This document shows positions 8,962 through 18,998 of a stretch of DNA of 57,225 bases, piece after piece. Made by a program: the position numbers and the translations under genes. The stretch comes from a virus. Its lineage: Duplodnaviria; Caudoviricetes. Where the stretch lies: IMG/VR virus record IMGVR_UViG_3300012952_000001, positions 1-57,225 of that record; one strand, written 5' to 3'. The notes under the pieces are model-generated. The model made no database searches. It saw only the letters and a list, made by a program, of their open reading frames with translations, and was not told where the DNA came from. How positions within the stretch are numbered: the stretch's first letter is position 1; each line of letters starts with the position of its first letter.

Positions 8962-11061
8962 ATGGCAGAAGAAGATAAACTTATTATAGAAGACGAATCT
9001 ATAGCTTTAGAAGATTCAGAAGATAACGAAGATACTGAAGTTAAAGAAGAAAAAAACAGTACTATTATTGATTACGTAATGTCTAAATATAGAAGGGCAG
9101 AAAACTATAGAAGACAGGACGAAGATAGATGGCTAAAGGCTTATAGAAACTATAGAGGTTTGTATGGACCTGATGTTCAATTTACAGAAGCTGAAAAGTC
9201 TAGAGTCTTTATTAAGATAACTAAAACTAAAACTTTAGCTGCCTATGGACAAATTGTTGATGTACTATTTGGAAGTAATAAATTTCCTTTAAGTGTAGAC
9301 CCAACAGAACTACCTGAAGGTGTAGCTAAAGATGTACACTTTGACCCTAAACAGCCTGCAGGAGATTCAAGCCCTTATGGATTTGCAGGAGATGGTCAAG
9401 ACTTACCTACAGGAGCTACTGAAAAAAGTTTAGTAGATTTATTAGGACCTGTTAAAGAAAAGTTACAGGACGTTCCTAATTTAAAAGAAGGCATAGGGCA
9501 AACTCCTACATCCGTAACTGTTAGTCCTGCTATGATTGCAGCTAAAGGTATGGAAAAGAAAATACATGACCAATTAGAAGAATCAAATGCTAATAAACAT
9601 TTACGTAGTGTAGCATTTGAAATGTCGCTATTTGGTACAGGCATAATGAAAGGTCCTTTTGCTGTAGATAAAGAATATCCTAATTGGAGTGAAGGTGGAG
9701 ATTATAGTCCTACTATAAAAACAGTACCTCAATTAAATCAAGTATCTGTATGGAACTTTTATCCTGACCCTGATGCATATAATATGGATGAAGCTCAATA
9801 TGCCATAGAAAGACATAGAATGTCTAGAATGCAGCTAAGAAGTCTTAAGAAAAGACCATACTTTAGAGAAAATGTAATAGACTCTTGTATAGAAATGGGA
9901 GAAAACTATGTTAAGAAACATTGGGAAGACGACTTAACTGATTACTCACCTGAACATGACATTGACAGATTTTCTGTAATTGAGTATTGGGGAGTTATAG
10001 ACTCTGAAATATTTAAAGAAGAAAATATAGAAATACCTGAAGAACTAGAAGATGCAGATGAATTACAGGCTAATGCTTGGATATGTAATGGTAAATTAAT
10101 TAGACTAGTATTAAACCCATTTAAACCTGCAAGAATACCATATATGGCTGTTCCATATGAATTAAACCCATACTCTTTCTTTGGTGTAGGTATAGCTGAA
10201 AATATGGATGATACGCAAACACTAATGAATGGTTTTATGCGTATGGCTGTTGATAATGGAATATTGTCAGGAAATCTTCTTATTGAAGTAGACGAAACAA
10301 ATTTAGTTCCAGGTCAAGATTTATCTGTCTATCCAGGCAAAATATTTAGAAGACAAGGTGGCGCTCCAGGTCAAGCTATTTTTGGTACAAAGTATCCAAA
10401 TGTATCTTCAGAAAATATGCAGTTGTTTGATAAAGCTAGACAATTAGCCGATGAGTCAACAGGTTTTCCATCTTTTGCACATGGTCAAACAGGTATAACA
10501 GGTGTAGGTAGAACTGCATCAGGTATATCTATGTTAATGAATGCGGCAACAGGTAGTATACGAACTGTAATAAAAAATCTAGACGATTATTTATTAAGAC
10601 CTTTAGGAGAAGGATTTTTTAGGTTTAATATGCAATTTGATTTTGACCCTAAAATACGTGGTGACTTAGAGGTTAAGGCTAGAGGAACAGAAAGTCTAAT
10701 GGCTAATGAAGTACGTAGTCAGAGATTAATGCAATTTTTAGGTACAGCAAGTAATCCTGCTCTTGCTCCATTTGCTAAATTTCAGTATGTAATTAGAGAA
10801 ATAGCAAAGTCTTTAGATTTAGACCCTGATAAAGTTACGAATAATATGGATGAAGCTGCAATACAAGCAGAACTTATGAAAGGATTTCAATCACCTCCAA
10901 CTGAACAGTCTCCTGTTGCAGGAGCTGACCCAATGGATTCAGCAGGCACAGGTGGTGGAACTATAGGTACAGGTCAAGTGCCTTTACCACAAGAACAAGG
11001 ATTTACAGGAAATGAACAACCACAAGGAACTCCTCAGCAAGCTCAAGCCGTTGGTCAATAA
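8962..11061 (+). CDS. Portal protein
   Basis: 699 aa directly after TerL; FGTGIMKGP, FYPDP, RTASG.SML motifs of podovirus portals. Confidence 0.85.
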   Translation: MAEEDKLIIEDESIALEDSEDNEDTEVKEEKNSTIIDYVMSKYRRAENYRRQDEDRWLKAYRNYRGLYGPDVQFTEAEKSRVFIKITKTKTLAAYGQIVDVLFGSNKFPLSVDPTELPEGVAKDVHFDPKQPAGDSSPYGFAGDGQDLPTGATEKSLVDLLGPVKEKLQDVPNLKEGIGQTPTSVTVSPAMIAAKGMEKKIHDQLEESNANKHLRSVAFEMSLFGTGIMKGPFAVDKEYPNWSEGGDYSPTIKTVPQLNQVSVWNFYPDPDAYNMDEAQYAIERHRMSRMQLRSLKKRPYFRENVIDSCIEMGENYVKKHWEDDLTDYSPEHDIDRFSVIEYWGVIDSEIFKEENIEIPEELEDADELQANAWICNGKLIRLVLNPFKPARIPYMAVPYELNPYSFFGVGIAENMDDTQTLMNGFMRMAVDNGILSGNLLIEVDETNLVPGQDLSVYPGKIFRRQGGAPGQAIFGTKYPNVSSENMQLFDKARQLADESTGFPSFAHGQTGITGVGRTASGISMLMNAATGSIRTVIKNLDDYLLRPLGEGFFRFNMQFDFDPKIRGDLEVKARGTESLMANEVRSQRLMQFLGTASNPALAPFAKFQYVIREIAKSLDLDPDKVTNNMDEAAIQAELMKGFQSPPTEQSPVAGADPMDSAGTGGGTIGTGQVPLPQEQGFTGNEQPQGTPQQAQAVGQ

Positions 11062-11224
11062 TAAAAACCAGTGGGTTGATTTTACTGATTATATAGATTG
11101 CATAATAAGTCAACATCATAAAGTATTAGAACAAAGTAGTGATATTGTTATTATACATCAGGCTCAAGGAGCTATATCTACATTACGTAGATTAAAACTA
11201 TTAAGAGATGAAGTAAATGGTTGA
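11012..11224 (+). CDS. Small conserved portal-adjacent protein
   Basis: QAQGAI..LRRL..LRDEV motif. Confidence 0.7.
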   Translation: MNNHKELLSKLKPLVNNKNQWVDFTDYIDCIISQHHKVLEQSSDIVIIHQAQGAISTLRRLKLLRDEVNG

Positions 11225-13304
11225 AACACCAGTTAAAAAACCTAGCATAAAACAAAGATATAATTTAGGTTTAGAAAAAGATATGTTATCTGAGTTAGGT
11301 TTAGAACTAGCTGAAAAAGGCGAAGTAAATATATCTCGTTTATTTCAAAGTGGTTTTAATACACGTCCAAGTGCAATGGGTATGTATACAAGAACACAAC
11401 TTCCGCCTGATTCTAACGAAGCTAAAATACTTAAAAAATACGGAAAAGGAAATACTAGTTTTATAGGAGATAAAAATATTCCTCAAGTAATGTATTTTGC
11501 AGATAGATTTAAAAATGATGCAGAAAATATAGAAATTTTAAACCATGAATTACGTCATGCTGCATTAGATTATTTAAAAAAGTTATATCCTGAGTCTCCT
11601 GACAATAAATTAAAATTAAAAATGGGTGTGCCTTTTGAAGAGGCTCTTATGGATTATATTGATTTTGTTAGACATCAAAAAGCAAAAAAGATGTTTAATG
11701 AAGAAGGTTATCAAAATATTACAGACTCTAAACAATTTAATCGTTACGAAAAAGTAATGAAAAAGCTGACCTCTGAAGATAAAAATAAACTAAAAAATAA
11801 TTACAATTTATTATCAAAACTAGCAGAGCAAGAATTAAGAAATGTTAAAGGTGTACAAAAGGCTGAATATGAAGATGAGGAAGAGTTAAGAGATGCATCT
11901 AAAGAAGATTTAGCACCTAAAAGTTTTATAGAAAAAATGTTAGGTCTTTTTAAACGAACACAAAAATTTAATACTGGAGGAGTATCAATGGAAAAACAAA
12001 TGGAAATGTTTCAAGACGGTGGACTAGAACAAGACGGTGGTACAGTAGACCCTGTATCAGGTAATGATGTGCCTATGGGTTCAGCTCAAAAAGAAGTTCG
12101 AGATGATATACCTGCACAACTAAGTGAAGGAGAGTTTGTATTTCCTGCTGATGTAGTTAGATTTATAGGCTTAGAAAGATTAATGGAAATAAGACAAAGA
12201 GCTAAAGCAGGACTAAAGAAGATGGAAGCTATGGGTCAAATGGGTAACTCTGAAGAAGCTACTATACCTGATGATATTCCTTTTACTATAGATGATTTAG
12301 AAATGGAAGAAGAGGAAGAAGTTTCTGCATATAAGGGAGGAACAATTAAATTAGAAAGTGGTGGTACACCATACGTTGCACCTACTATTGCTGCAGTACC
12401 TACTGCAACAGCTCCTGAAACAATACCGACTCCTGAAGAGTTTATTCCTTCTGTAGCAGACGAATATAGAGAATATGTAAATGATGAAGGTCATGTTATT
12501 GATGTGCCTTATTTTAGGGGTAGTATACTTCCAGGTTATAATATGCCTGCAGGTTATAGACTTAAAGAAGATGAAACAGTTTCTACAGGACAAGATATTA
12601 CTGACACTGCAATGTTAGATATTGTAGATAAGGATGGAGATTCTACATCCCCTGAAAATATGCAAAAAGCTAGAGAAGATATGAATCGTAGTTATGATAA
12701 TGTTGTTAGTCAAGTGATGCAAGATAATCCAGGTGCTAGCCTTGAAGAAATTACAAAGAAAATAAAAGGTGGTGAATCTACTATAAATATTTTTGGTAAA
12801 AAAATAAATGCTCCAGGTTTTTTATTTAATGAAGATGAAATAACAGCTGCTTATGATAGGGCTTTTTCAGGACCTGTAATTGATGATGAAGCGGATATTG
12901 TACCTGAAGAACCTAAACGTAGAGGTACTTTAATAGCAACAGATAAAGAAGGTAAAGTTACTGATGACGTAGCTCCAGGCTCTGCTAAAAGTCTTAACAT
13001 GACAGAGTCTGAAAATAAAGCTGTTAAAGAAGCTGCAGAAGCTAAAGAGAAAAAAAGAAGGGCTGTAGAAACGGCAAGACTAGAAGCTATGGCAGAAGCA
13101 GAACAAAGCAGAAAAGACGAAGCTGAAGCTAACAGAGCAGAAAGAGCAGGTACAACAAGTCTAGGTAAAAAAGTAGATACGGCTAGTCTTAGAGGTACAG
13201 GCAGAAGAGGTGGACAAGGTATTGTTCGTGCAAAAGGTGGCATAGCATCTAAACCTAAAAAGAAAAAAGCTATGAAGCGTGGTGGGTTAGCTTCTAAAAA
13301 ATAA
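11217..13304 (+). CDS. Virion-associated protein: HExxH domain plus DDIPAQLSEGEFV domain; probable second start at 11988
   Basis: HELRH at 11544-11558; internal GGAGGAG then in-frame ATG 11988; six xxxGG motifs. Confidence 0.75.
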   Translation: MVETPVKKPSIKQRYNLGLEKDMLSELGLELAEKGEVNISRLFQSGFNTRPSAMGMYTRTQLPPDSNEAKILKKYGKGNTSFIGDKNIPQVMYFADRFKNDAENIEILNHELRHAALDYLKKLYPESPDNKLKLKMGVPFEEALMDYIDFVRHQKAKKMFNEEGYQNITDSKQFNRYEKVMKKLTSEDKNKLKNNYNLLSKLAEQELRNVKGVQKAEYEDEEELRDASKEDLAPKSFIEKMLGLFKRTQKFNTGGVSMEKQMEMFQDGGLEQDGGTVDPVSGNDVPMGSAQKEVRDDIPAQLSEGEFVFPADVVRFIGLERLMEIRQRAKAGLKKMEAMGQMGNSEEATIPDDIPFTIDDLEMEEEEEVSAYKGGTIKLESGGTPYVAPTIAAVPTATAPETIPTPEEFIPSVADEYREYVNDEGHVIDVPYFRGSILPGYNMPAGYRLKEDETVSTGQDITDTAMLDIVDKDGDSTSPENMQKAREDMNRSYDNVVSQVMQDNPGASLEEITKKIKGGESTINIFGKKINAPGFLFNEDEITAAYDRAFSGPVIDDEADIVPEEPKRRGTLIATDKEGKVTDDVAPGSAKSLNMTESENKAVKEAAEAKEKKRRAVETARLEAMAEAEQSRKDEAEANRAERAGTTSLGKKVDTASLRGTGRRGGQGIVRAKGGIASKPKKKKAMKRGGLASKK

Positions 13305-13312
13305 CCTACATA

Positions 13313-13358
13313 TTGTTGGCTACTTATACCCCCACAGTGGCTACTATGACCCCAACAA
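13313..13358 (+). promoter_or_regulatory. Structured RNA leader of the scaffold gene
   Basis: TTGTTGG/CCAACAA outer stem with two near-symmetric internal loops, abutting the AAGGAG RBS. Confidence 0.6.
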
Positions 13359-13369
13359 AGGAGAAAAAC

Positions 13370-14254
13370 ATGGCTGAAGAATTAGTTATGACAAAGGACG
13401 CAACACCTAAAAAAGCTGCATTTATGAGCAAACCTTATTCTAAAGAAGAAAAAATGAAAAAAGAAGAAGAGGAGCTTAAAAACTTACTAGATGAACAAAA
13501 GAAAGAATCATCTAGTGAAGAAGAAGAAGAAGCTGTTGAAGATAAAGAACCTGATAGCCCTGAAGAAAAAACATTTAAAAAGCGTTACGGAGATTTACGT
13601 AAACATCAACAGCAACAAAAGCAAGATTATGAATCTAAGATTAAAAACCTTCAAAATCAATTAGAGGAAGCTACTAAAAAAGAAATACAGTTTCCTAAAA
13701 CTGAAGAAGAAATAGAGTCTTGGGCAAATAAGTATCCTGATGTCGCAGCTATAATTGAAACTATAGCTATGAAAAAAGCAAACGAACAATCAAAGCATTT
13801 AGAAAAAAGGTTAGTTGAAATAAATGAGTTACAAAATACAGCTACAAAAGAAAAAGCTGAAGCTGAATTATTAAGACTGCATCCTGATTTTCAAGAAATT
13901 AGAGAAACAGAAGAGTTCCATGATTGGGCAGATAGTCAGCCTAACTGGGTACAAAATGCTTTATATGAAAATGATAATGATGCTAAGTCAGCTGCAAGAG
14001 CTATAGACTTATATAAAGTCGATAAAGGCATTACAGAAAAAAGTAAAAAACCTGTAAACAATAAAGATGCAGCTAGGTCTATATCTACTAAAAATGCTAA
14101 AACAAAACCTGTAGAAGACAGTTCAGCAAATTATTTTAAAGAATCTGACGTGCAAAAAATGTCAGCTGTAGAATACGAAAAGAATTCTGAAGCTATAATG
14201 GAGGCAATACGTTCTAATAAATTCGTATATGATGTCTCAGGTTCTGCACGATAG
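13370..14254 (+). CDS. Capsid scaffolding protein
   Basis: Charged coiled coil, FKKRYGDLR and HPDF motifs; precedes the capsid gene; ATG 13370 follows the RBS. Confidence 0.75.
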   Translation: MAEELVMTKDATPKKAAFMSKPYSKEEKMKKEEEELKNLLDEQKKESSSEEEEEAVEDKEPDSPEEKTFKKRYGDLRKHQQQQKQDYESKIKNLQNQLEEATKKEIQFPKTEEEIESWANKYPDVAAIIETIAMKKANEQSKHLEKRLVEINELQNTATKEKAEAELLRLHPDFQEIRETEEFHDWADSQPNWVQNALYENDNDAKSAARAIDLYKVDKGITEKSKKPVNNKDAARSISTKNAKTKPVEDSSANYFKESDVQKMSAVEYEKNSEAIMEAIRSNKFVYDVSGSAR

Positions 14255-14278
14255 ACCGTCAATTTTTTTAAAAAAGAG

Positions 14279-14310
14279 TTGACAAATAGTTATTTAACTA
14301 TATAACTATA
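14279..14310 (+). promoter_or_regulatory. Capsid promoter (variant motif, copy 2)
   Basis: TTGACA-16 bp-TATAACTATA. Confidence 0.6.
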
Positions 14311-14318
14311 TAATATAT

Positions 14319-14480
14319 AGTATATTATAACCTTATTATAACTACTTATAATATACTTACACGACTTTAAAGACTACCCAATTATGTGAGCCTACAATGG
14401 TTAGCTACCAATCGTACAACCTCAAACATGAATGGTCCTTATAAAGTAAAATGACTAGAATAGTACACAACTTTGTGTGC
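14319..14480 (+). promoter_or_regulatory. Structured 5' leader of the major capsid gene
   Basis: Three predicted hairpins: 14319-14357, 14364-14447, 14463-14480. Confidence 0.5.
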
Positions 14481-14510
14481 ATGAGATAAATGTTAAAAAG
14501 GAGAAAAATT

Positions 14511-15608
14511 ATGGCATTTACATCAGCAGCAGGTTATGGTAACTTACCAAACGGTAATTTTAGTCCTATTATTTACAGCAAACAGGTGCAACTTGCATTT
14601 CGCAAGTCATCAGTCGTTGAAGAAATCACTAATTCAGATTACTTTGGCGAAATTGCAAATATGGGCGATTCCGTTAAGGTTATTAAAGAACCTGAAATTA
14701 CAGTCAAGGAATACGCACGTGGTACAACTATTACTCCGCAAGACCTTGACGATGAAGAGTTCAGCCTAACTATCGACAAAGCTAATTACTTTGCGTTTAA
14801 GGTTGACGATATTGAAGAAGCTCACTCACATGTAAACTTTCAACAGCTAGCAAGTGACAGAGCTGCTTATAGGCTAGCCGACCAGTTTGACCAAGAAGTT
14901 CTTGGCTACTTGTCAGGTTTTAAACAAGCGTCACTTCACAGTGCTGCAAGTGCTGTTAATACAACAGTAAACGGTACTAAAGCTGTATCTTCAGCTTCTA
15001 GTGGTGCTAACTTAGTTGGTGCAGAATTATTGGCTTCAATGTCACTTGATTCTTCTGACTTTACACAAGCAGATGGTACTGCAGGTACTGCAAACCAAGC
15101 TATTGGTCTTGAGCCAAGAGCAGGGGGTGCAACAGCAGCCAAGAGTGGAACAACTGGTAATGCATTTCCATTACAAGTTATTGCACGTATGTCTAGATTG
15201 CTAGACCAACAAAATGTTGATACGGCAAATAGATGGTTAGTTCTTGACCCAGTATTTATCGAAATCTTAAAAGATGAAGATTCACGTCTTTTAAATGCTG
15301 ATTTTGGTGGTTCAGGACTACAAAATGGTCTTGTTTTAAATAATTTACATGGTTTTAAAATATACTCATCTAACAACCTTCCGTCACTAGGCACAGGTCC
15401 TGCGACAACAGGTGGTCAGAATGCGTCAAACTTTGGAATTATTGTAGCAGGTCATTCATCAGCTGTGGCTACTGCTGAACAAATCAATAAAACAGAAACT
15501 TACAGAGACCCTGACAGTTTCTCAGATATTGTTCGTGGTATGCATTTGTATGGCAGAAAGATACTTCGACCTGAAGCTATCGTAACTGCTGCATATTGTT
15601 TAGCGTAA
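14511..15608 (+). CDS. Major capsid protein
   Basis: AAGGAG RBS and ATG 14511; NFSPIIYSK, YFGEI..GDSVK, DIVRG..LYG.K.LRPE motifs of HK97-fold coat proteins. Confidence 0.92.
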   Translation: MAFTSAAGYGNLPNGNFSPIIYSKQVQLAFRKSSVVEEITNSDYFGEIANMGDSVKVIKEPEITVKEYARGTTITPQDLDDEEFSLTIDKANYFAFKVDDIEEAHSHVNFQQLASDRAAYRLADQFDQEVLGYLSGFKQASLHSAASAVNTTVNGTKAVSSASSGANLVGAELLASMSLDSSDFTQADGTAGTANQAIGLEPRAGGATAAKSGTTGNAFPLQVIARMSRLLDQQNVDTANRWLVLDPVFIEILKDEDSRLLNADFGGSGLQNGLVLNNLHGFKIYSSNNLPSLGTGPATTGGQNASNFGIIVAGHSSAVATAEQINKTETYRDPDSFSDIVRGMHLYGRKILRPEAIVTAAYCLA

Positions 15609-15621
15609 GGGAGAATAGATT

Positions 15622-16116
15622 ATGGCTGCAACAACAACATTGTTGGCGACAACAAATTCTACTCATGGACCTTCTTATGGAGTTAGTTCAAGAGTAAAGC
15701 CTTATCTAGTAGAGCATACTATAGACTTTTCAAATCAAAATATTGATGCGAATGGTAGTACTATGGAAGTAATAGATATTCCTGCAAATTGTATTTGTAT
15801 GTTTGCAGGTATTGAAGTTATGACTGCTTTAACTAACACGGCTTCAGACGCTACTGTAGACTTAGGTGCAAAAAGTGGAGACACTGATGCATGGGTAGAT
15901 GGATTTGATATTGATGGTGCATCTGCAGGTACATACGCAACTGTACTTGTAGCCACTGCAAATCCGCAAGTACATGATGGTGCTGACCCACTTAAGTTAA
16001 CTTTCGCAGGAACTGCAGGTACAATTAGCGCAGGTGTGCTACGTGTATTCGCAGTTGTTATGCCTGTCGGTGGATTAGACAAGCCTGACGAAGTAGATAG
16101 AGACGCTTTAGCGTAA
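15622..16116 (+). CDS. Minor capsid or decoration protein (putative)
   Basis: Beta-rich 164 aa directly after the MCP and before a terminator. Confidence 0.6.
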   Translation: MAATTTLLATTNSTHGPSYGVSSRVKPYLVEHTIDFSNQNIDANGSTMEVIDIPANCICMFAGIEVMTALTNTASDATVDLGAKSGDTDAWVDGFDIDGASAGTYATVLVATANPQVHDGADPLKLTFAGTAGTISAGVLRVFAVVMPVGGLDKPDEVDRDALA

Positions 16117-16128
16117 CTCATCCAATAT

Positions 16129-16159
16129 AAGGGGGCAGGGTAACTTGCCCTCTTTTTTT
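16129..16159 (+). terminator. Rho-independent terminator
   Basis: AAGGGGGCAGG-GTAA-CTTGCCCTCTT followed by a T tract. Confidence 0.85.
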
Positions 16160-16172
16160 AAGGAATAAATAT

Positions 16173-16631
16173 ATGGCAATTACAACAGCGTTATGTACAA
16201 GTTTTAAAGGTGAGCTTCTTGGAGGAACTCACGATTTAGACACACATACTTTAAAAATGGCATTAATAAAACCCTCAATGTCAGGAACTTATGATAAAAC
16301 AACTACTAATTATTCAGATGTTACAGGGAATTCAGACGAAGCTACAGGGTCAAATTACTCTGCAGGAGGAAACAATTTAGATAGTGTTACTATTTCTACA
16401 GATGCGTCTTCAGGAAGAGCGTTTGTAGATATTGCTGATGAAGTATTTACAAATGTAACAACAAGTGCGAGAGGATGCATAATATATAATTCTAGTGCTT
16501 CTAATAAAGCTATCGCTGTTATTGATTTTGGTGGTACTATAACTGCAACTGCAGGTGATTTAACAGTTCAGTTTCCTGCTATTGGTTCAGGTGGTGCAAC
16601 TGCAATCATACGTTTAGACCCTCCATCTTAA
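16173..16631 (+). CDS. Virion structural protein
   Basis: MAITTALCTSFK..K.AL..YSAGG..ARG.IIYN..DFG pattern common in marine phage tail modules. Confidence 0.7.
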   Translation: MAITTALCTSFKGELLGGTHDLDTHTLKMALIKPSMSGTYDKTTTNYSDVTGNSDEATGSNYSAGGNNLDSVTISTDASSGRAFVDIADEVFTNVTTSARGCIIYNSSASNKAIAVIDFGGTITATAGDLTVQFPAIGSGGATAIIRLDPPS

Positions 16632-16644
16632 TAGGAAATAAAAT

Positions 16645-17583
16645 ATGGCTTTAGTTCTACTTGATAGAGCAAAAGTAGTTGCTACTAGTATGAGTGGTAC
16701 TGGAGATAACTATACTCTAACCAATGCTCCACCAACAGGTTTTGTAGACTTTACAGGTGTGGGTGATGGTAATACTACTTATTATGTAGCAACCGATACT
16801 GCAGGTAATTTTGAAATAGGTATAGGTACATTTGCTACATCAGGAGAAGTGTTAACACGAACTGATGGAAATGTTATTAAAAGTACAAATAGTAATAACA
16901 AAGTTAGTTGGCCTTCTAATTCTACACCTACAGTTTTTATATCACAACCTGCTGATAAAGCAGCATTTTTAGATGCCAATAATGATTTAACTATAACATC
17001 TACAGATGATACAAATAACGCAGACCCTTCTTTAATATTATACAGAAATTCTGCAAGTCCTGATGACCAAGATTACATGGGTCAAATGTTTTTTAAAGGC
17101 AGGAATTGGGATGGAAGTGCTACAGTGCATGATGTAGATTACGCTAAAATAATGGCTAAAGCTGTAGATGTAACTGATGGCACTGAAGATGGCAACCTTG
17201 AATTTTATGTTGCTCAAAATAGTAATAATAGTCAAAGACTAGCTCTTAAAGGAAGTGGTGACACAGTCTTTAGTAACAAAGATGTTAAACTTAATACAGG
17301 TGTTGATTTGCTTTTTGAAGGTGCAACACAAAACGATTTTGAAACAACATTAACCCTTACAGACCCTACTGCTGATAACACCATAACTTTACCTGATGCT
17401 ACAGGCACTGTAATAACAACAGGTAACTCAGATACACCGACAACTACGACATCAAGTGGTGATGCAGATTTTGTATTAGTAGATGATGGAGGTACAATGA
17501 AAAAAATAACCCCAACTAATTTAGGTATAGGCAGTGGAATAAATACAGGAAAAGCTATAGCAATGTCTATGGTCTTTGGATAA
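16645..17583 (+). CDS. Tail or head fibre protein
   Basis: MALVLLDR N-terminus; DPTADNTITLPDATGT; ends GKAIAMSMVFG. Confidence 0.7.
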   Translation: MALVLLDRAKVVATSMSGTGDNYTLTNAPPTGFVDFTGVGDGNTTYYVATDTAGNFEIGIGTFATSGEVLTRTDGNVIKSTNSNNKVSWPSNSTPTVFISQPADKAAFLDANNDLTITSTDDTNNADPSLILYRNSASPDDQDYMGQMFFKGRNWDGSATVHDVDYAKIMAKAVDVTDGTEDGNLEFYVAQNSNNSQRLALKGSGDTVFSNKDVKLNTGVDLLFEGATQNDFETTLTLTDPTADNTITLPDATGTVITTGNSDTPTTTTSSGDADFVLVDDGGTMKKITPTNLGIGSGINTGKAIAMSMVFG

Positions 17584-17601
17584 AGAAAGAGAGAATAAAA
17601 T

Positions 17602-17976
17602 ATGGCAGCTCCAAATATAGTCAATGTAACTTCAATACTAGGTAAAACAGTTCACGACCAAGACATAAGTACAAGTAATGATACCTTATTAGAAAATGCT
17701 GCAGGCAGTAATAAACTATTAAAAATTAATTCACTTATTATTGCTAACATTGATGGTACAAACGCAGCAGATATAACTGTTACACTTTGTCAAGCAGATG
17801 GTACTCTTTTAGCAACTTTAGCTCATACAATTTCAGTTCCTGCAGATGCTACTCTTGTTGTTATATCTAAAGATACAAGTATTTATTTAGAAGAAGATAT
17901 GGAAATTAAATTAGACGCGAGTGCTGCAGGAGATTTAAGCGCTGTTTGTTCTTATGAAGAAATAGATGATGCATAA
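17602..17976 (+). CDS. Fibre-associated structural protein
   Basis: MAAPNIVNVTSI...ISVPADATL...SYEEI. Confidence 0.65.
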   Translation: MAAPNIVNVTSILGKTVHDQDISTSNDTLLENAAGSNKLLKINSLIIANIDGTNAADITVTLCQADGTLLATLAHTISVPADATLVVISKDTSIYLEEDMEIKLDASAAGDLSAVCSYEEIDDA

Positions 17977-17978
17977 TC

Positions 17979-18989
17979 GTGGCTTTCAACTATTTTAATA
18001 ATCAAAATGTTGTTGGGATAAAATATCGTGATAGCAATGCAGGTATATCTAATTTAGATACTAATAGATTAAATACCTCACCAGTAGGGGGCGCATTGTT
18101 TCGTAACACATCTGGTGCAACAGCTAGTGTATCAGCTTATACACATACTTGGACAGTTCCTGATTTGGTAACTTCTGTGTCTGTTGTTTGTATTGGTGGT
18201 GGTGGAGGTGGTATGGTTTATAGCTATAATAATTCATATATTCAATATGCAATGAATGGTGGTGGAGGAGGCGCTCTAGCTTGGTTAAATGATATAACTG
18301 TTACCCCTGGTGAAAGTATTTCAATACAAGTAGGTGCTTATGGAACGTACGGTTACTATACTACTGGTTCACGTGCAGGCGGAGACAGTTTTTTTAAAAA
18401 TGCATCTACAATAAATGCAGGTGGTGGAAGCCCAGGAAGATATAATACAACTATAAGTGGGGGTACTAAAACTATTTCAACTTCATATGGAACTTATGGA
18501 GGTGGAGATGGTGGTGATTCAGTAAACTTAGGCTATTATTCAGGACCTTCAGGTGGTGGAGGTGCAGGAGGTTATAGTGGAGATGGTGGTGATGGAAAGG
18601 CAGGAACTGCTACTGGAGATAATGGCGCAGGTGGTGGTGGTGCAGGTGGCGCAGGTGCTACAGGAACTTATGCCTACCACATATCAGGCGGAGGAGGAGG
18701 AGTAGCTCCTTACGGTGAAGGCACTAGTGGTTCAGGCGGCTCGGCAGGTGAAGCAGGTGGTGGTTCAGGTGGTGATGATTCTTCAGTACCTACAAATGTA
18801 AATGGCACACAAGTAGGTGGCAACTACGGAGGTGGTGGTGGTGGTAAATCATCAAATTATTGGGGTGGTCATGCAGGAAATGGCGGACAAGGTGTAGTTA
18901 GAGTTATATGGGGTTCAGGAAGAGCTTTTCCATCAACAAATGTGGGACAAAATTACTTAGGTATTGCAGAAACAACCTATACAAACTAG
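17979..18989 (+). CDS. Glycine-rich fibre or adhesin protein
   Basis: WTVP..V..VSVVCIGGGGGG, polyglycine runs, GGQGVVRVIW. Confidence 0.75.
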   Translation: MAFNYFNNQNVVGIKYRDSNAGISNLDTNRLNTSPVGGALFRNTSGATASVSAYTHTWTVPDLVTSVSVVCIGGGGGGMVYSYNNSYIQYAMNGGGGGALAWLNDITVTPGESISIQVGAYGTYGYYTTGSRAGGDSFFKNASTINAGGGSPGRYNTTISGGTKTISTSYGTYGGGDGGDSVNLGYYSGPSGGGGAGGYSGDGGDGKAGTATGDNGAGGGGAGGAGATGTYAYHISGGGGGVAPYGEGTSGSGGSAGEAGGGSGGDDSSVPTNVNGTQVGGNYGGGGGGKSSNYWGGHAGNGGQGVVRVIWGSGRAFPSTNVGQNYLGIAETTYTN

Positions 18990-18998
18990 AAATTAAAA

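Noticed and set aside
13313-13369. N-terminal extension MLATYTP... of the scaffold ORF
   Set aside because: The strong RBS precedes ATG 13370, and the segment is better explained as an RNA hairpin.
12851-15394. Antisense ORFs such as 12851-13243 and 14936-15394, and similar ones elsewhere
   Set aside because: Shadows of well-supported genes, with no RBS or recognisable motifs.
15590-15625. Capsid read-through or frameshift extension
   Set aside because: Clean TAA, no obvious slippery site, and the next gene has its own RBS.
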